A DNA stretch of 64,000 bases, from the NCBI RefSeq assembly GCF_963506605.1, contig NC_083285.1, forward strand, positions 43,462,001 through 43,526,000, in the 5' to 3' direction. Below the pieces are notes generated by a model. The model made no database searches. It worked only from the letters and a program-made list of their open reading frames with translations, and was not told where the DNA came from. The position numbers and the translations under genes are program-made. How positions within the stretch are numbered: the first letter of the stretch is position 1; every line of letters begins with the position of its first letter. Of the stretch, positions 39,010 to 50,611 are shown piece by piece. This DNA is from Zootoca vivipara (Eukaryota).

Positions 39010-39827
39010 CTGTAGGAGGAAAATGGACACAACGTTTCATTTTCATTCTCCTCAACTCAACTATACAAAAGATAAGAGTCATATTCATTGCTCTGTCCAC
39101 TTTGACTCTGATCTTGCCCATAACTGGCATGTGGCCCTCAAAAGGTTCCCCACAAGGGCCCTCGGGTTGAATAATATTCCCCATCCCTGGTTTTGTCAAT
39201 CCAAGATTTTACCTGCTAAAACAGTGGTATGGGGGACAGACACACAGTGTAACAAAGATGCATGGTCTATTTGTTTTTAAAGACAATTGGAAGCCTTTAA
39301 AATTAATCAACACAAACACTGCAATAATTATGATTCAGACCTTCCACTCAAAAAATCAGAGCAAGAATCTGAAACATAACCCTTTTTCCTTCTAGGAGTG
39401 GATGAGCTATTCTAAGTGTTGGTAATCCTCACTTGTAAATTAGAGGTATTAATAAGTTGCCTGTGTACAGTATTTGTGTAGTTGTTCCTGTTGTGCAGCT
39501 GCTTAAGAGTTTTGTGTCAGTATTGATGGGGTTGTATCCAATGCTAGTCCTGCTCAAAACAGACCTTTTGAGTTGAATGACAATGACAAACTTAATTTCA
39601 AATCTACACTGAGCACAATTGTATAAAACCATGGTCTGTAGTATTTATGTATTTCTATGGGCAGCACACTCCAGTCTATGTGTGCAGCATGTGGTTGTGA
39701 CTGGCTCTGCCTCTCTTGTTTCCAAGGCACTATTTTGTGACTGACTGTAGCTGGGGGACCCTGGGACTCTATTTTTTAAAAAGGGAGAATTAGATCCCAG
39801 AAACCTGTTTTAGGTTCCAGAACTTAC

Positions 39828-39905
39828 CATGTGCAAATTGGAAAGTGAGGCTGATTTCCTGGGTGGGGTTTTCTTTGGACTGAATGTGTTTCCAAAGAGC
39901 GGCAT
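39828..39905 (-). CDS. CBY1: CBY1 coding exon 1
   Basis: MPLFGNTFSPKKTPPRKSASLSNLHM|gtaag (14-3-3 motif RKSASLS); exon acceptor at 39946. Confidence 0.95.
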
Positions 39906-41399
39906 GGCTTCCTCGCTTAAAAGCTTGTTAGAATTGTTCTGGTTGCCTGAAATAAGAAGGAAGCAAAAGAAACAAAAGACCATTACCTCATGACCTCATC
40001 ACTGTGCACAACATTAAGAGGCTGTGAGTCAGAGCAGATTGGCCTACTTAGTGTCATCAAAATAGTGAGAATAATAACTGTCATTTTCCAGAAACAAGTT
40101 TCTAGTTCCCATGGATCTGTAGACAGTCAAAACATTTACAGCTCCCCCAGCCTAACCTTTTTAAAAAGAAAACTGATTGGTATTTTTTTTTTTTTAAAAA
40201 AAAGAACATTTCTACTACGGGCTTCATGTTAAGCTACTAAATACACTAAGTATTTTGTGTGGAATTGCCACCCTATTCCATATTGTAATTTGTTTTAACT
40301 TTTTTTAATAATGAATTTTAAATTGTTGTAACCAGTCCTGGGATCTAATTATGAAAGGTGGGTAATGAATTTAATAAATAATAATACCTTATGCACTCAT
40401 ATTTTTAGGAGGGATTACAAACAATGTTGTCATCCATATGCAATCCTCCCTTTATTCCTATCAGAAAAAATAAAAATAAAATTGTAAGGGGGAATAGGGG
40501 GTGCAGAACGGTAGCACATTCTCCACAGGTCTGGTGGATCTTAGCAATAATCTTATGTCTGTTTAACTTAGTTTCATTGGGCTGAGGGGAAACATCCCAT
40601 TTAAGAGAACAGAAAGTGACAGAATAACAAATGCTATCTGCAAACCCAAAATTAGGCAAATCAATTACCGTCTTTCAGATATTTGAAATCATCAGGTCAG
40701 GTCATTCAATCTGCTTTTGTGTGTGCATGGTTTGGGAAATATCAATTGTAGCAAAAGTTTAGAATACTTGAAAAATTAAAAAGGGTATCATATATCCTAT
40801 TCCTTTTGCTGCTCATTACTGCCCTTAACAACAAGCCTGCAAAGTGCCATACAACCTATTCCTCAAAATTATCTCAATATTGGAACTGATATTGAAACAA
40901 TGAAATCTGTTGCCATTGCTTCTGCTTCACCAAAGTCAGACTTGGAGGTTTAGCTGCACAATTAGTGTGATCAGGCACAATTCCTTAAATTGAATCTTGT
41001 AAAAGGTGGTTCTTCATTATGCAAATATGTAAGAGACCCTTTGAAGCCATGCCTAGCACTGCTGGATTCTTCTAAGGAGAGTGTGGAAACGAATCACTTA
41101 CCACATAGCTTGGGATACAAGTATTTTCCACCCACCTCTTGCACACACTCACACAACTTTAGCAGATGCACCGCTATGCAAAAAATCAACAGGTGCAGCT
41201 CATCACTGCAGCTCCATCTTTGGGAAAGCTGCACCTGTTGAATATCTGCCTGAACTACAGCTTAGCTTAAAAGCTCTCTCGGGCCGGCAAGTGGCAACCT
41301 TAGCAGCACCTTAAGTGCCGAGACCCCTAACTAACCCCATCTACACCAAGCAAAATCCTGACTCTGGTTACAGTGGGAGCTTAATACTCTGAATCCCAT

Positions 41400-42400
41400 T
41401 GTTCAGGGGGCAGATCGAGACCGCAGCAAATAAAGCAGCAGATGGGGAGGGAGTGGAGAGTCGCTGCCGTCCTAAAGCCGACAAATGGCTGCACCCCAGC
41501 ATCGCAAACCCACAACCGCGGAGCTCCTCACCCGACAGATGCACAACACACCTCCGCACCCCTCTTGTATCCTCCGAGGTCAATTGCGCATGCGCACTCT
41601 TTGGAGCTTCGCGACTTGCGGTAGCCGAGAAACGCACAGCGGGCAGAACCACCCCAGGAAAGAAATCGAAAATTCCACAGGACAGAGGAGGGGGCATACG
41701 CATTTTATTTTAAATACATAGAGTGACGGATTTTTTTTAAAAAAAATGGCTCAAAATAAGTAAAATTATTTGTGTCTGGAGGAAGCTTGTGAGGATATTA
41801 GAAAATACACCCCTTCTCTTTTCGTGTCATGGTTGTATCCCAAACAGCCGGGAAAGGCGGAGCGAAGGGCAGCCTCGCTGTTAGGACCGTACCATTGTTT
41901 ATAAACGGCGGGGTGGAGAGAGAGAAAAGAGTTTTGGCCGAGCTCTAAAATTACGTTAACAGTGTTATCCCTCTCGAACAGAGCTCGTGAGTGAATTGCA
42001 TCTCACACGCAGATTCGCCAATCGTAGCCGGCATCTAATGCTATCTTTTAGAGATGCATAAATGTTCAAGAAATAAATGGTTTGCTCCGAGTAGTTGCCA
42101 CGGTGACGGAAGAACGCCCAGGGAGGAGGACATAAAAGGGCCTGTTGTGGGCGGGGTCGGCAGAGACCCCGGCGTGATTGGAGAGGCAGCATAGGTATGA
42201 CAAGGAGCGTTTCTGATACTGGTCCTGTTAGGGTCCATAAGAAACAAACAGAGCCCCACAGCTGTGTGGGCAAGGAGGTGTCTCTTCCCGCCCTTTCACT
42301 CCGGTGCGTATGGGCGCCCCTGTTACTGCGATGCTATGTAACACCCGAATAAGTTGGAACGTCGTTTTTTCACGTCGACCATCAACGGCTTTTTTCCCCT
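41400..42400. promoter_or_regulatory. CBY1/FAM227A bidirectional CpG-island promoter
   Basis: CpG-rich. Perfect NRF1 palindrome TGCGCATGCGCA 41585-41596; X-box-like GTTGCCACGGTGAC 42094-42107. Candidate first-exon donors at 41531 (-) and 42195 (+). Confidence 0.7.
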
Positions 42401-43172
42401 GATGAACCTCTATAAGCTTCCCAAAGGAAGGACGGGGGAGATAATAGTACATGGACTGTTTTGTTGTTCTGGTTTTGCTGGCATTTTCTTCACAGTCTTA
42501 ATCTGGCGACCAGTCTGGGAGATCTGCATCAGCAACGCTCTGCATGCCTGGTGGACAGTTCTTCTCTTAATTCAGTCTAGAGACCATATCAACACCATCC
42601 ATGACTGTTAAAAGTGGCGTAATTGTGCTTTAAATGCCTGGTGTAGATGTGGTGTAAACTGCTGATACTTTTCTTATCGACAGTTTTCTGTTGCTACTGA
42701 TTAATTTTGAAATAGTCGTGGATTTCCTTGTAGGAAAGGTTCTCCCAAGCCCTTGGTTATTTTGTCTGCCCCTTTCCCAGTTCTACAATGTTCTTTTTGA
42801 GATGGGGCAATCAGAATTTTATACCCTGCATAGCTGCAGCATTAGCATATATAGAAGGTCATTAAGGTATTTCAGTTTCATGTTTTAATTTCCTGGTGAT
42901 CACTAGCTTGGAATTTACCTTTACAGTATGTTTTTAACCACCTTTGCACACTCTTAGAAAAACAAACAAACCCCTTCCTCCCACCCTATCTTGACCCATT
43001 CCACCTCTGAATAAACATGCACAGGATCGGGCTGTACATTGATATACAAAGCACTCAAGTTTTGGACACGTTTTGTTGCAAATAAAGTTGACAAATTGTG
43101 TAGAGAGTACAACTGTGCAATGTAATGATACTTTTAGGCTGATTAGAATTTGCACATTTTTACTCGGAAGGA

Positions 43173-43319
43173 CAGAGGACGAGATGGTTGGACAGTGTTC
43201 TCGAAGCTACGAACATGAGTTTGACCAAACTGTGGGAGGCAGTGCAAGACAGGAGTGCCTGGCGTGCTATGGTCCATGGGGTCATGAAGAGTCGGACATG
43301 ACTAAACGACTAAACAACA
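43173..43319 (+). mobile_element. RTE-BovB LINE 3' end
   Basis: GATGGTTGGACAGT...CCATGGGGTC..GAAGAGTCGGACATGACT..(CAA)n tail; 11-bp TSD ACTCGGAAGGA (43162-43172, 43320-43330). Confidence 0.88.
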
Positions 43320-43955
43320 ACTCGGAAGGAAGTGTATATAATGCTTGCAGCCTCAGAATGCTAACATACACATTTTTCATATTTGAAAAATTATAATCAA
43401 AGGCATACAATTTTATGTGTCTCTTCACAGTTTGAATGAAAAAGCAACACTAGCAAGAAAACTAATGTGTGTGTCAGAACAAGAAACAAAATTCTGGTAG
43501 CTTCATAAAATCCTGATACTTTGCTATCCCTCTGTGCAGTGGAGAACAATGCAGTTAATAGTTGTGATTTTCAGGCTTGAAATTTCTTCTGGGAATAGCT
43601 AACTACAGCTAGAATTCCAAATTGCTGCCTCTGAGTTGGCAGCTGTAATTACTACAAATTAAGGAAGACAAATTAGGATAATTTTCCCCATGGGACCCTT
43701 TCTTCCTTTTACTAAGCTGTATTTGGTGGTGGGGAGTGGGGCAGAAGCGTTATCTTTATAACCCTTTTGGTTTCCACATGAGGAATCATAAAATAGCACT
43801 CTAGATTAAATCAGCTCAAGCCAAAAATTGGAAACATTAATTTAAGTATGATCATGCTTTGGGAACAAAATAATAAGGAAGTTTGTGGGGAAATGTGTTT
43901 TTAATATAAATGTGTTGTCTCCACTTTTTTATTTTTAGGGTTTAGTAATTTCAAG

Positions 43956-44076
43956 ATGCAATTTGTAACTATTAAATCATTTGTGAGCCCTTTAAAGGGA
44001 TTCTTGATATTGCCATCAGCAACCCAAGAAAAGAAAAGTGATACCATCAGTTGCAAATTAGATGACCAACCACGAT
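43956..44076 (+). CDS. FAM227A: FAM227A first coding exon
   Basis: MQFVTIKSFVSPLKGFLILPSATQEKKSDTISCKLDDQPR; ends at U12 donor GTATCCTTT; phase fits next exon. Confidence 0.75.
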
Positions 44077-44585
44077 GTATCCTTTGTTCCTATAGTTAAC
44101 AATGTATGTGTAAATAAATATATAGCTTGTATTATAGATATCTGCTTAACTTTTGCTTTAATTTAAAGCGTATGGGTAATACTTACTTGGTACCTGAACC
44201 CCATTTTTCAAAGAGTAAAATTCCCACAAAGTTGTAGAGCTTTTTTGGAGAAAAAACCCACATTGTTGAGCTTTTTTGGGGGGAAACCTAACCATACATC
44301 CGGGTTTTCCCTGACATTCGGCAAAAGTCCCCCCGACGCCATGTTTACACCCTAAAAAGCAGGACTTGTCAAGAATATATTTTGTCATGAAAAAGAGAAA
44401 TATAATTGCAATCAGTCTTACATGATAGTTGTATGAGTTGAAATAAGGAAATACTATTATTTGTCTTGCATACAATGGGGCAGCAAGCAGTCTAAATCAG
44501 GCAGGCAGTTGAACACTTGTTGACTCAACATACACATAACATATTGCTTAAAAAGTTGGGCTCCACCTTCACACACTGCCAAGCC

Positions 44586-44723
44586 GGAGCAACATTCCTT
44601 TAGAAGACATCTGAAGGTAGCCCTGTATAGGGAAGTTTATTAATGTTTAATGTTTTATTATGCTTTTATATATCTTGGAAGTCCCCAGAGCGGCTGGAGC
44701 AACCCAGTCAGATGGGCAGGGTT
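44586..44723 (+). mobile_element. L2 LINE 3' tail fragment
   Basis: AGAAGACATCTGAAGG.AGCCCTGT...CCCAG.CAGATGGGC, similar to 20600-20730. Confidence 0.7.
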
Positions 44724-45357
44724 TGTGGGGACCAGATTCCCCTAAATTCCTGTGTGCAAGATCCTCCCAATAATTCCTGGATGTAGTAAAAGTTAGAATT
44801 AATCAAGATTTGATTAAATTTTGCCAAACATGGAAATCTCCTGGATTTAGTTATGCTAAGCAGCCAAGCCAGCTTTGCAGAGCTAGCTAGATGGGCCAAT
44901 AGCAGAGGACACAGGCCAGTCATGGATCATCAAGGAAACCATCAAAGGTCAAGACTGCCAGGCGAGGAGGAGTGGGGCTTCTTTGTTGAGTGCTAGTGGG
45001 CTAGATTTAGGTTTCAACTTCGAATGATTGTAGACTGTGGGGAGGTCCTTGGAGTCAATTAACAGCAAGGAGGAGGAGGAGGGGCAGGATTCCATGTGAG
45101 GTGGGGATGAGAGACTGGAACTAAGAATCACATAAGGTGGCTGTCCTTTGAAACCAATGCTGCACTGAAGGGGGAAGCCAGGCCCTCAAAGGATGTGAAT
45201 GCCCTGCAATCCCTCCAGGTTGTATATATGTGTAATAAAACCTTATAAAGACACCACAGTCTCTGTTGTGCCTCAAAAGGTAATACAGACCCTAGTAAGC
45301 ATGTCTGCAACCCCTGGAATTTCACACTGCTCATGGAGATTGGGGTGGTATGTAACA
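44724..45357 (+). mobile_element. Probable solo LTR (about 634 bp)
   Basis: TGT...ACA termini, AATAAA 45234-45239; splits the L2 tail (..GGGTT | TTTATAAA); TSD imperfect (GGTT/GTTT). Confidence 0.55.
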
Positions 45358-45376
45358 GTTTATAAAGAAAAAATAG

Positions 45377-45640
45377 CCTGCCAACCTAGCAGTTTGAAAG
45401 CACGCCAAAAATGCAAGTAGATAAATAGGTACCACTCTGGCGGGAAGGTAAACGGCATTTCCATGTGCTCTGGTTTTGGTGTTCAGTTGCACCAGAAGCG
45501 GCTTAGTCATGCTGGCCTCATGACCCGGAAAAACTGCAGACAAATGCCGGCTCCCTTGGCCAGTAAAGCGAGATGAGCGCCGCAACCACAGAGTTGTCTG
45601 CGACTGGACTTAACTGTCAGGGGTCCTTTACCTTTTTTTT
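45377..45640 (+). mobile_element. Sauria SINE, 5'-truncated
   Basis: CCTGCCAACCTAGCAGTT.GAAAGCAC...CAGGGGTCCTTTACCTTT. Confidence 0.85.
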
Positions 45641-45727
45641 TAATAGGAGGTTTAACAAAAAGGAGGAGGAAGAATTTTGCATATGCTTTGAAGGTTTTCA
45701 AAATATTCCTTAACAAATATCTGTTAG

Positions 45728-45813
45728 TGTATGTCATTGGCAGCATAGGACAAGTGAACCAGAAAATTTCTCACTTAGAACTGGGTCTGAAAAGATATGA
45801 CAGTAGTGAAGGA
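45728..45813 (+). CDS. FAM227A: FAM227A exon
   Basis: LYVIGSIGQVNQKISHLELGLKRYDSSEG|gtgagt; preceded by U12 branch site. Confidence 0.88.
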
Positions 45814-46347
45814 GTGAGTAAAGAAATCTTATCAGCACTTTATACAATGAATCCCACTGTGTTTTTCAGATGCTGCTTCTGAATAATAGATGCTTGGTCA
45901 AAGTATATTTCTTAGCCTTTTTGATGACAAACTGAAAATCAATTGTTGCTGCTGCTGTCGTTTTTTTTAAAGCGGAGGTGAAGTTTTAGGTCAGCACTAA
46001 TATAGCTGTGTTGAACCAGAGAATAGGAGACATCAGGTGCAATGATGATATCGCAACCAGCTAGGGCTAAATGTTGCAAGTTTTTTAATCCCCATATTTT
46101 TCACGCACATACATTTATTGACAAGATCTTCTAGTTGTCAAATATTTTATTTTACTCACATTTCTAATCCTAATTTCAAATACATTTCTTAGGTTCCTGA
46201 AGAATGCTCAGGTTTTTTGTTAAAAGAATTACAAGATAGTGAGGGAATTAATAATGCCTCTCATATTTAATACAAAGAAGGTAAATTCCAGGACCTTGTA
46301 AGAAATTAGTGCCTAACCACCTTTTCCCATTATTTTTCTCATTGTAG

Positions 46348-46417
46348 GTGATTGGGGGAATGGGGCTCAAGAGACGCAAGCCATCCAGAAAAGTATCGAG
46401 AACAGTTAGGGTGAAAG
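46348..46417 (+). CDS. FAM227A: FAM227A exon
   Basis: ttgtag|VIGGMGLKRRKPSRKVSRTVRVK|gtatg, 70 nt, phase 0->1. Confidence 0.75.
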
Positions 46418-47790
46418 GTATGCATTATTACTACCAAATATGAAATGGAGGCTCTAACCCCTTAAAAATGATGTTATTGTTAGAACATATTTATTCGAGT
46501 AAATTTGTGTTTTGTCCTGTAGCTCAGTTCAGACATGCCAAACCATGATTTGTGCTAACTGCGGTTAGGAACTCTAGGCAATAAATTACTGTCGGCCAAG
46601 TTGTTGCGTGAATAAATAGGGACCTCCCATAAGCTCTTCCCAAAGAAGGATTAGAGAGAGAGATAAATATCACCGTTTTGTCTTACTCTTTCTCCAAGGC
46701 ACTGAGGTTGGAATACATGGCTATTTGGCTCCACACTGCCACCATTCTAGTCTCTCTTTTTGTGTCCCAAAATACTGAACAACTTGGGAGTGTGAGAAGA
46801 GTCAGGTTATAGAGAAAAAAATTATCAGTGAGCATTAGCCTGAATTTGTAAAGGGTTTCCCGCCCTGATGTCGAGGGACAGACATCGATAAGATTTAATA
46901 ATAAAAACAAGTCATGAGATGTCATGAGTCGCAACAATTAGGTTTCCCAGTGCAGAGTTGCAGTAGAATCATTTGAGCATCTTAGTCAAAGTACATTTAA
47001 GAAAGCAACTGTGTTCCTGGCATGGACTGAGCTTAGATATATTGGGAAATACAAAAGAAGGTGCTGAATTTATTTAGGGAAGAAGATGCTTACTGGAGGG
47101 AAGCTGTTACTTGCAGAGGATAATTAATGGTCAAATTAGGGCTTTGAACTAGGCACTGGGGATTTCATTAAGCAAATACAACCATAATACTGGTCACTTC
47201 AGGGAAATTCCCCATTTTTGAAGGCCACTTGGGGGGGGGGGACTTTGGTGGGAAGCTTTGGGAACCCCCCTCAGTAAATGATGATTCAATTTGAGTTTTC
47301 TCTGATTACTTATGTTAGTGTTATGCTCTTTCCTCAGAGCAAAACCCTAGTAAATATACTTAGTCTCAAGGCCTGTTTAGAGTTCCAATTTAACCAAGCT
47401 TCTCAGTAACAAGCATTGGTTCAGCATGCTGTCCACTATGCCACTCTGGCTCCTGGTCATCTGTATGGGCTCACTTCATTCAGGGGTCACTACAGTACCA
47501 ATGCAAACCACTGACAAATAACAAACCTAAGTTACCAGAAAGCTCCCTTTGCTTGGAATCCTTTTGCTACCTACTACAGTACCATTAAAAACTGGCACAG
47601 GCATGTGGTGGAGTGCAGTGGAAAGGGGAAAATAGGCTACTTCATTTTTCTGGTGGAGCAAAAATATCTGCAAACCACAACCCCAAATCCAGTGCTCTGA
47701 CTTAACTAATTCCTGCGAAAAGATTGTCCATTTCGTCCTAAGATGCTCTTCAGATGCTAAGGGTGGCCATTTTCCCCCCTTATGCTGCAG

Positions 47791-47855
47791 AGAGAGATCA
47801 GAAGGTGATGCAGAAGACTGGGAAGCATGCTACAGAGAAAACAGCTCAGAAAAAG
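47791..47855 (+). CDS. FAM227A: FAM227A exon
   Basis: ctgcag|ERDQKVMQKTGKHATEKTAQKK|gtatg, phase 1->0. Confidence 0.7.
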
Positions 47856-48042
47856 GTATGATGGCTTGTGAGGGATCAGGGGTCATTGATTCCTGTGCAT
47901 ATTAGAAAGATGCAGAATCCTAAATGCTCAGGAAGAATGAGATGTATTGTGACATAAGTGCCTAGGAAGGTCTCATCATGAATCAGTTGGTCTTTTTAAT
48001 CCATTATACACTCCTATAGTTATTGTTTCATTTATATAACAC

Positions 48043-50158
48043 GGTTCGTCGCGGCGGTGAGAAGGACGCAGGGACTTCGCGTGCCGAGGTCCCTGGCTTC
48101 TCGGAGGGGGGGGAAGTCCGCAGAGCGAGCGGACTCCCCGTAAAAGCATCGGATCGAGAGTTCCGATGACTCAGGCGTCCAGCGGCTGCTCCGTTTGGCG
48201 GATCCCCCGCCGCCCGAGAGCTCAATAGAGCGATCGTGAGCCGGTGGGGTTGAACCGCGGGAGCCATTTTGGGCCACATCTTACCTCCGGGAAGCGAAGC
48301 TCCGAGTCCTGACCCGGCAAGCGGCGGATTCTTCCGATTTGATACTAAAGATTCCTAAAGAAGTAAGTGGAACTTTGATCGGGATCCTAAATTTGCTGAT
48401 TGGAAAATAGGAGAGACTTAAAGAAACGGAAGCCGGTCTCTTCCTAATGGGAAACTGGGAGGCGTTTGGAAAAAAAAATCCAAAGCTGAATAACGAAAGA
48501 ATTTGAAACTGTGGTCCCGAGAGGGAAAAAAGACTTTTTGGAACCATCTCAGCCCCCGAGTCCGGCACCCCTTGAGGTACAGCGGCATTAAGGGGAAGTG
48601 TGTTTTGACAGCTGTCAAAAGCTGTCAAACTGTTAAAAGACCGGGTGGATTGATTGCATTGCTGTGAACAGGAAAAATTGTTTGTAAAGGTGAAAGAACT
48701 ATTTAAATTGGAAGTAAGAATGGATTTGGGACTGAGTTAAGAATCAAGAAAAAGAACAGCCAAAATGGAGTCGATCGTCTGAGAGAGGAATTTCCAGTAC
48801 CCATTGTTCCCTACCCCCTGTTTATCTGCGGTTACCAGAGGTATGAAAACAAAGCTGTCTCGAGCCTTCCAGGAGACTGTACTGAACTACTTGCTGTCAT
48901 GGGAAGATTTCTACAAGGAATGGCAACATCCCAACTTACCACCAGTTGAGATTGAAGTCCAAGTCCAGGACTTAGAGGATAATTTAAATTTAAATTTGGA
49001 GACTGCTGATTCTGAGACTGTGTGTGAGGAGAAACAATTGGAAGAGGACTTGGACTGTGACAAATTTGTTTGGGATGAAGCAAAATATGACTTCCAAAAG
49101 GAAGAAAAACAACCAGAACAAGAAGATGAGAGACTAAGGAACTTAAAGTTTAATGGCTTTGAAGATCCTGGAGGGGTTAAAATGTGGAGTGGGGTGTTTG
49201 AGGGATGGGAAGGACAGGGGCAGGGGGGGGCAAAGGCCTGGAGATGGACTTGGGAAAGAATGGGTGTGGGGTAAAAACTTTAGTTAACAAGGTATTGTTT
49301 TGGTTTCTGAAAGACGGTCTTCGAAATCTTGGCATGACAATGGAAATGCTGAACCAATTGGGGGAAAAAGACTTAGGGAGAGGAGATGGAATGTAAAAAA
49401 GAAAGGGAAAAAAGTGTTATGTTTCCTTAAGGGAGTATAAGAATGGCTTGGAAAGAATATTTAAGTTACTGTAAATTATTGCAGGTTAAGTGAGGTGTTT
49501 AGGCAGAAAGCTGCCTGCCCCCCTCTCCTTACTCTGAGGCACTCAGTGGCAGGGGGTGCCCAGAGGGGTGAGGAGGAAATGGAACCTTGGAAGTGCTGTA
49601 CCCTGCAGGCACCTCTTGTGGCAGGAGGGGACCTGTGGGAGTGCAACATGAAAAAGGAGGAGGATTGAGTTAATATTATAAGATTAAGATTTGAAGCTGA
49701 GTTGGAAAATTCGCCACAAGTAATCAGAATTTGTAAGGAAAACCATGAGGAAGACAACCGAGGGAGTCGCAATTAAGATGTCAAAATAATAAGAACTGGG
49801 AGGCTTGAACTCTTCCCAATTTTCTTTTTGTTTTTTTTTCCTTCTTTCTTTTCTTTTTTTCTCTTTTTTTTCTAGGTTTAGTAATATGATTATGAAAGAG
49901 TTGGGGGATGCAGATCCCCATAACTCCTTCCTCCCTGTTCTCTCAGTGGCAGGGGGGGGGATATGGAGGGAGGAGGGAGGGGGGAAGCAGAACTCAACTC
50001 ACAATTGGACCCCTTTGTTTCCTAAAGCACACGGGCCCTACTGGTGGCAGAAGTGGACCGGTGTGTGGAGGGAAAATGAAGGGACAGTGTTATATTATAT
50101 GTTTTGTTTGTATATTTCTTGTTTGAAAAATTAATAAAAATCTCTTTAAAAAAAAAAA
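48043..50158 (+). mobile_element. Full-length non-autonomous non-LTR (L1-mobilised type) retroelement, 2116 bp
   Basis: Perfect 10-bp TSD TATATAACAC (48033-48042, 50159-50168); CpG-rich 5' 600 bp; AATAAA 50133-50138 plus A-tail; no RT or endonuclease coding sequence. Confidence 0.85.
48843..49274 (+). CDS. Element-encoded acidic hypothetical protein (143 aa from ATG 48843)
   Basis: MKTKLSRAFQETVLNYLLSWEDFYKEWQHP...E/D-rich...WRWTWERMGVG*; the only long sense ORF in the element, directly after its 5' UTR. Confidence 0.45.
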   Translation: MKTKLSRAFQETVLNYLLSWEDFYKEWQHPNLPPVEIEVQVQDLEDNLNLNLETADSETVCEEKQLEEDLDCDKFVWDEAKYDFQKEEKQPEQEDERLRNLKFNGFEDPGGVKMWSGVFEGWEGQGQGGAKAWRWTWERMGVG

Positions 50159-50464
50159 TATATAACACTAGTCATTAGCATTTGTACAGTACAGTGCTTT
50201 TGAATGTTCAAAGGTTTTTCCACATCCTTTAACTCACCACAGTCCTGGAAACAAGCTTAGTACCTTATTCTAGATGGGGAGGGGGAGCTAAGGCTAGATT
50301 TGTTAATAGTCAACCATTGCTGTGTATGAAGGTGATTTTTGTCAGGATTCTGGTGAGTCCCAGAAACTTTGGAATGTCAACATTCCTTAGGATGCTCACT
50401 GGGTTGAATTGTGGGCTGAGTGTCTTCTTGATTTCTTATGTATTAATTGTTTTTTAACCCCTAG

Positions 50465-50611
50465 GTGGTAACAGAAAAGGATAAACTTGTGGAATTATAT
50501 CAATACCCAGGATACTGTAAGGAGAAACCTACACCATTGCCAAATGGAATAGAGCTGAGTGAAATTTTGGAGAAGGTGATTCGTGCCCAGGGTAAAATAC
50601 CAGTTGGTAAG
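50465..50611 (+). CDS. FAM227A: FAM227A exon
   Basis: VVTEKDKLVELYQYPGYCKEKPTPLPNGIELSEILEKVIRAQGKIPVGK, 147 nt. Confidence 0.9.

Larger units (their letters stand above)
37550..39905 (-). other. CBY1: CBY1 gene span (complete CDS, 126 aa Chibby)
   Basis: join(complement) 39828-39905,38904-39009,38146-38261,37550-37630 = 381 nt. Not in the ORF track because the exons are short. Confidence 0.96.
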
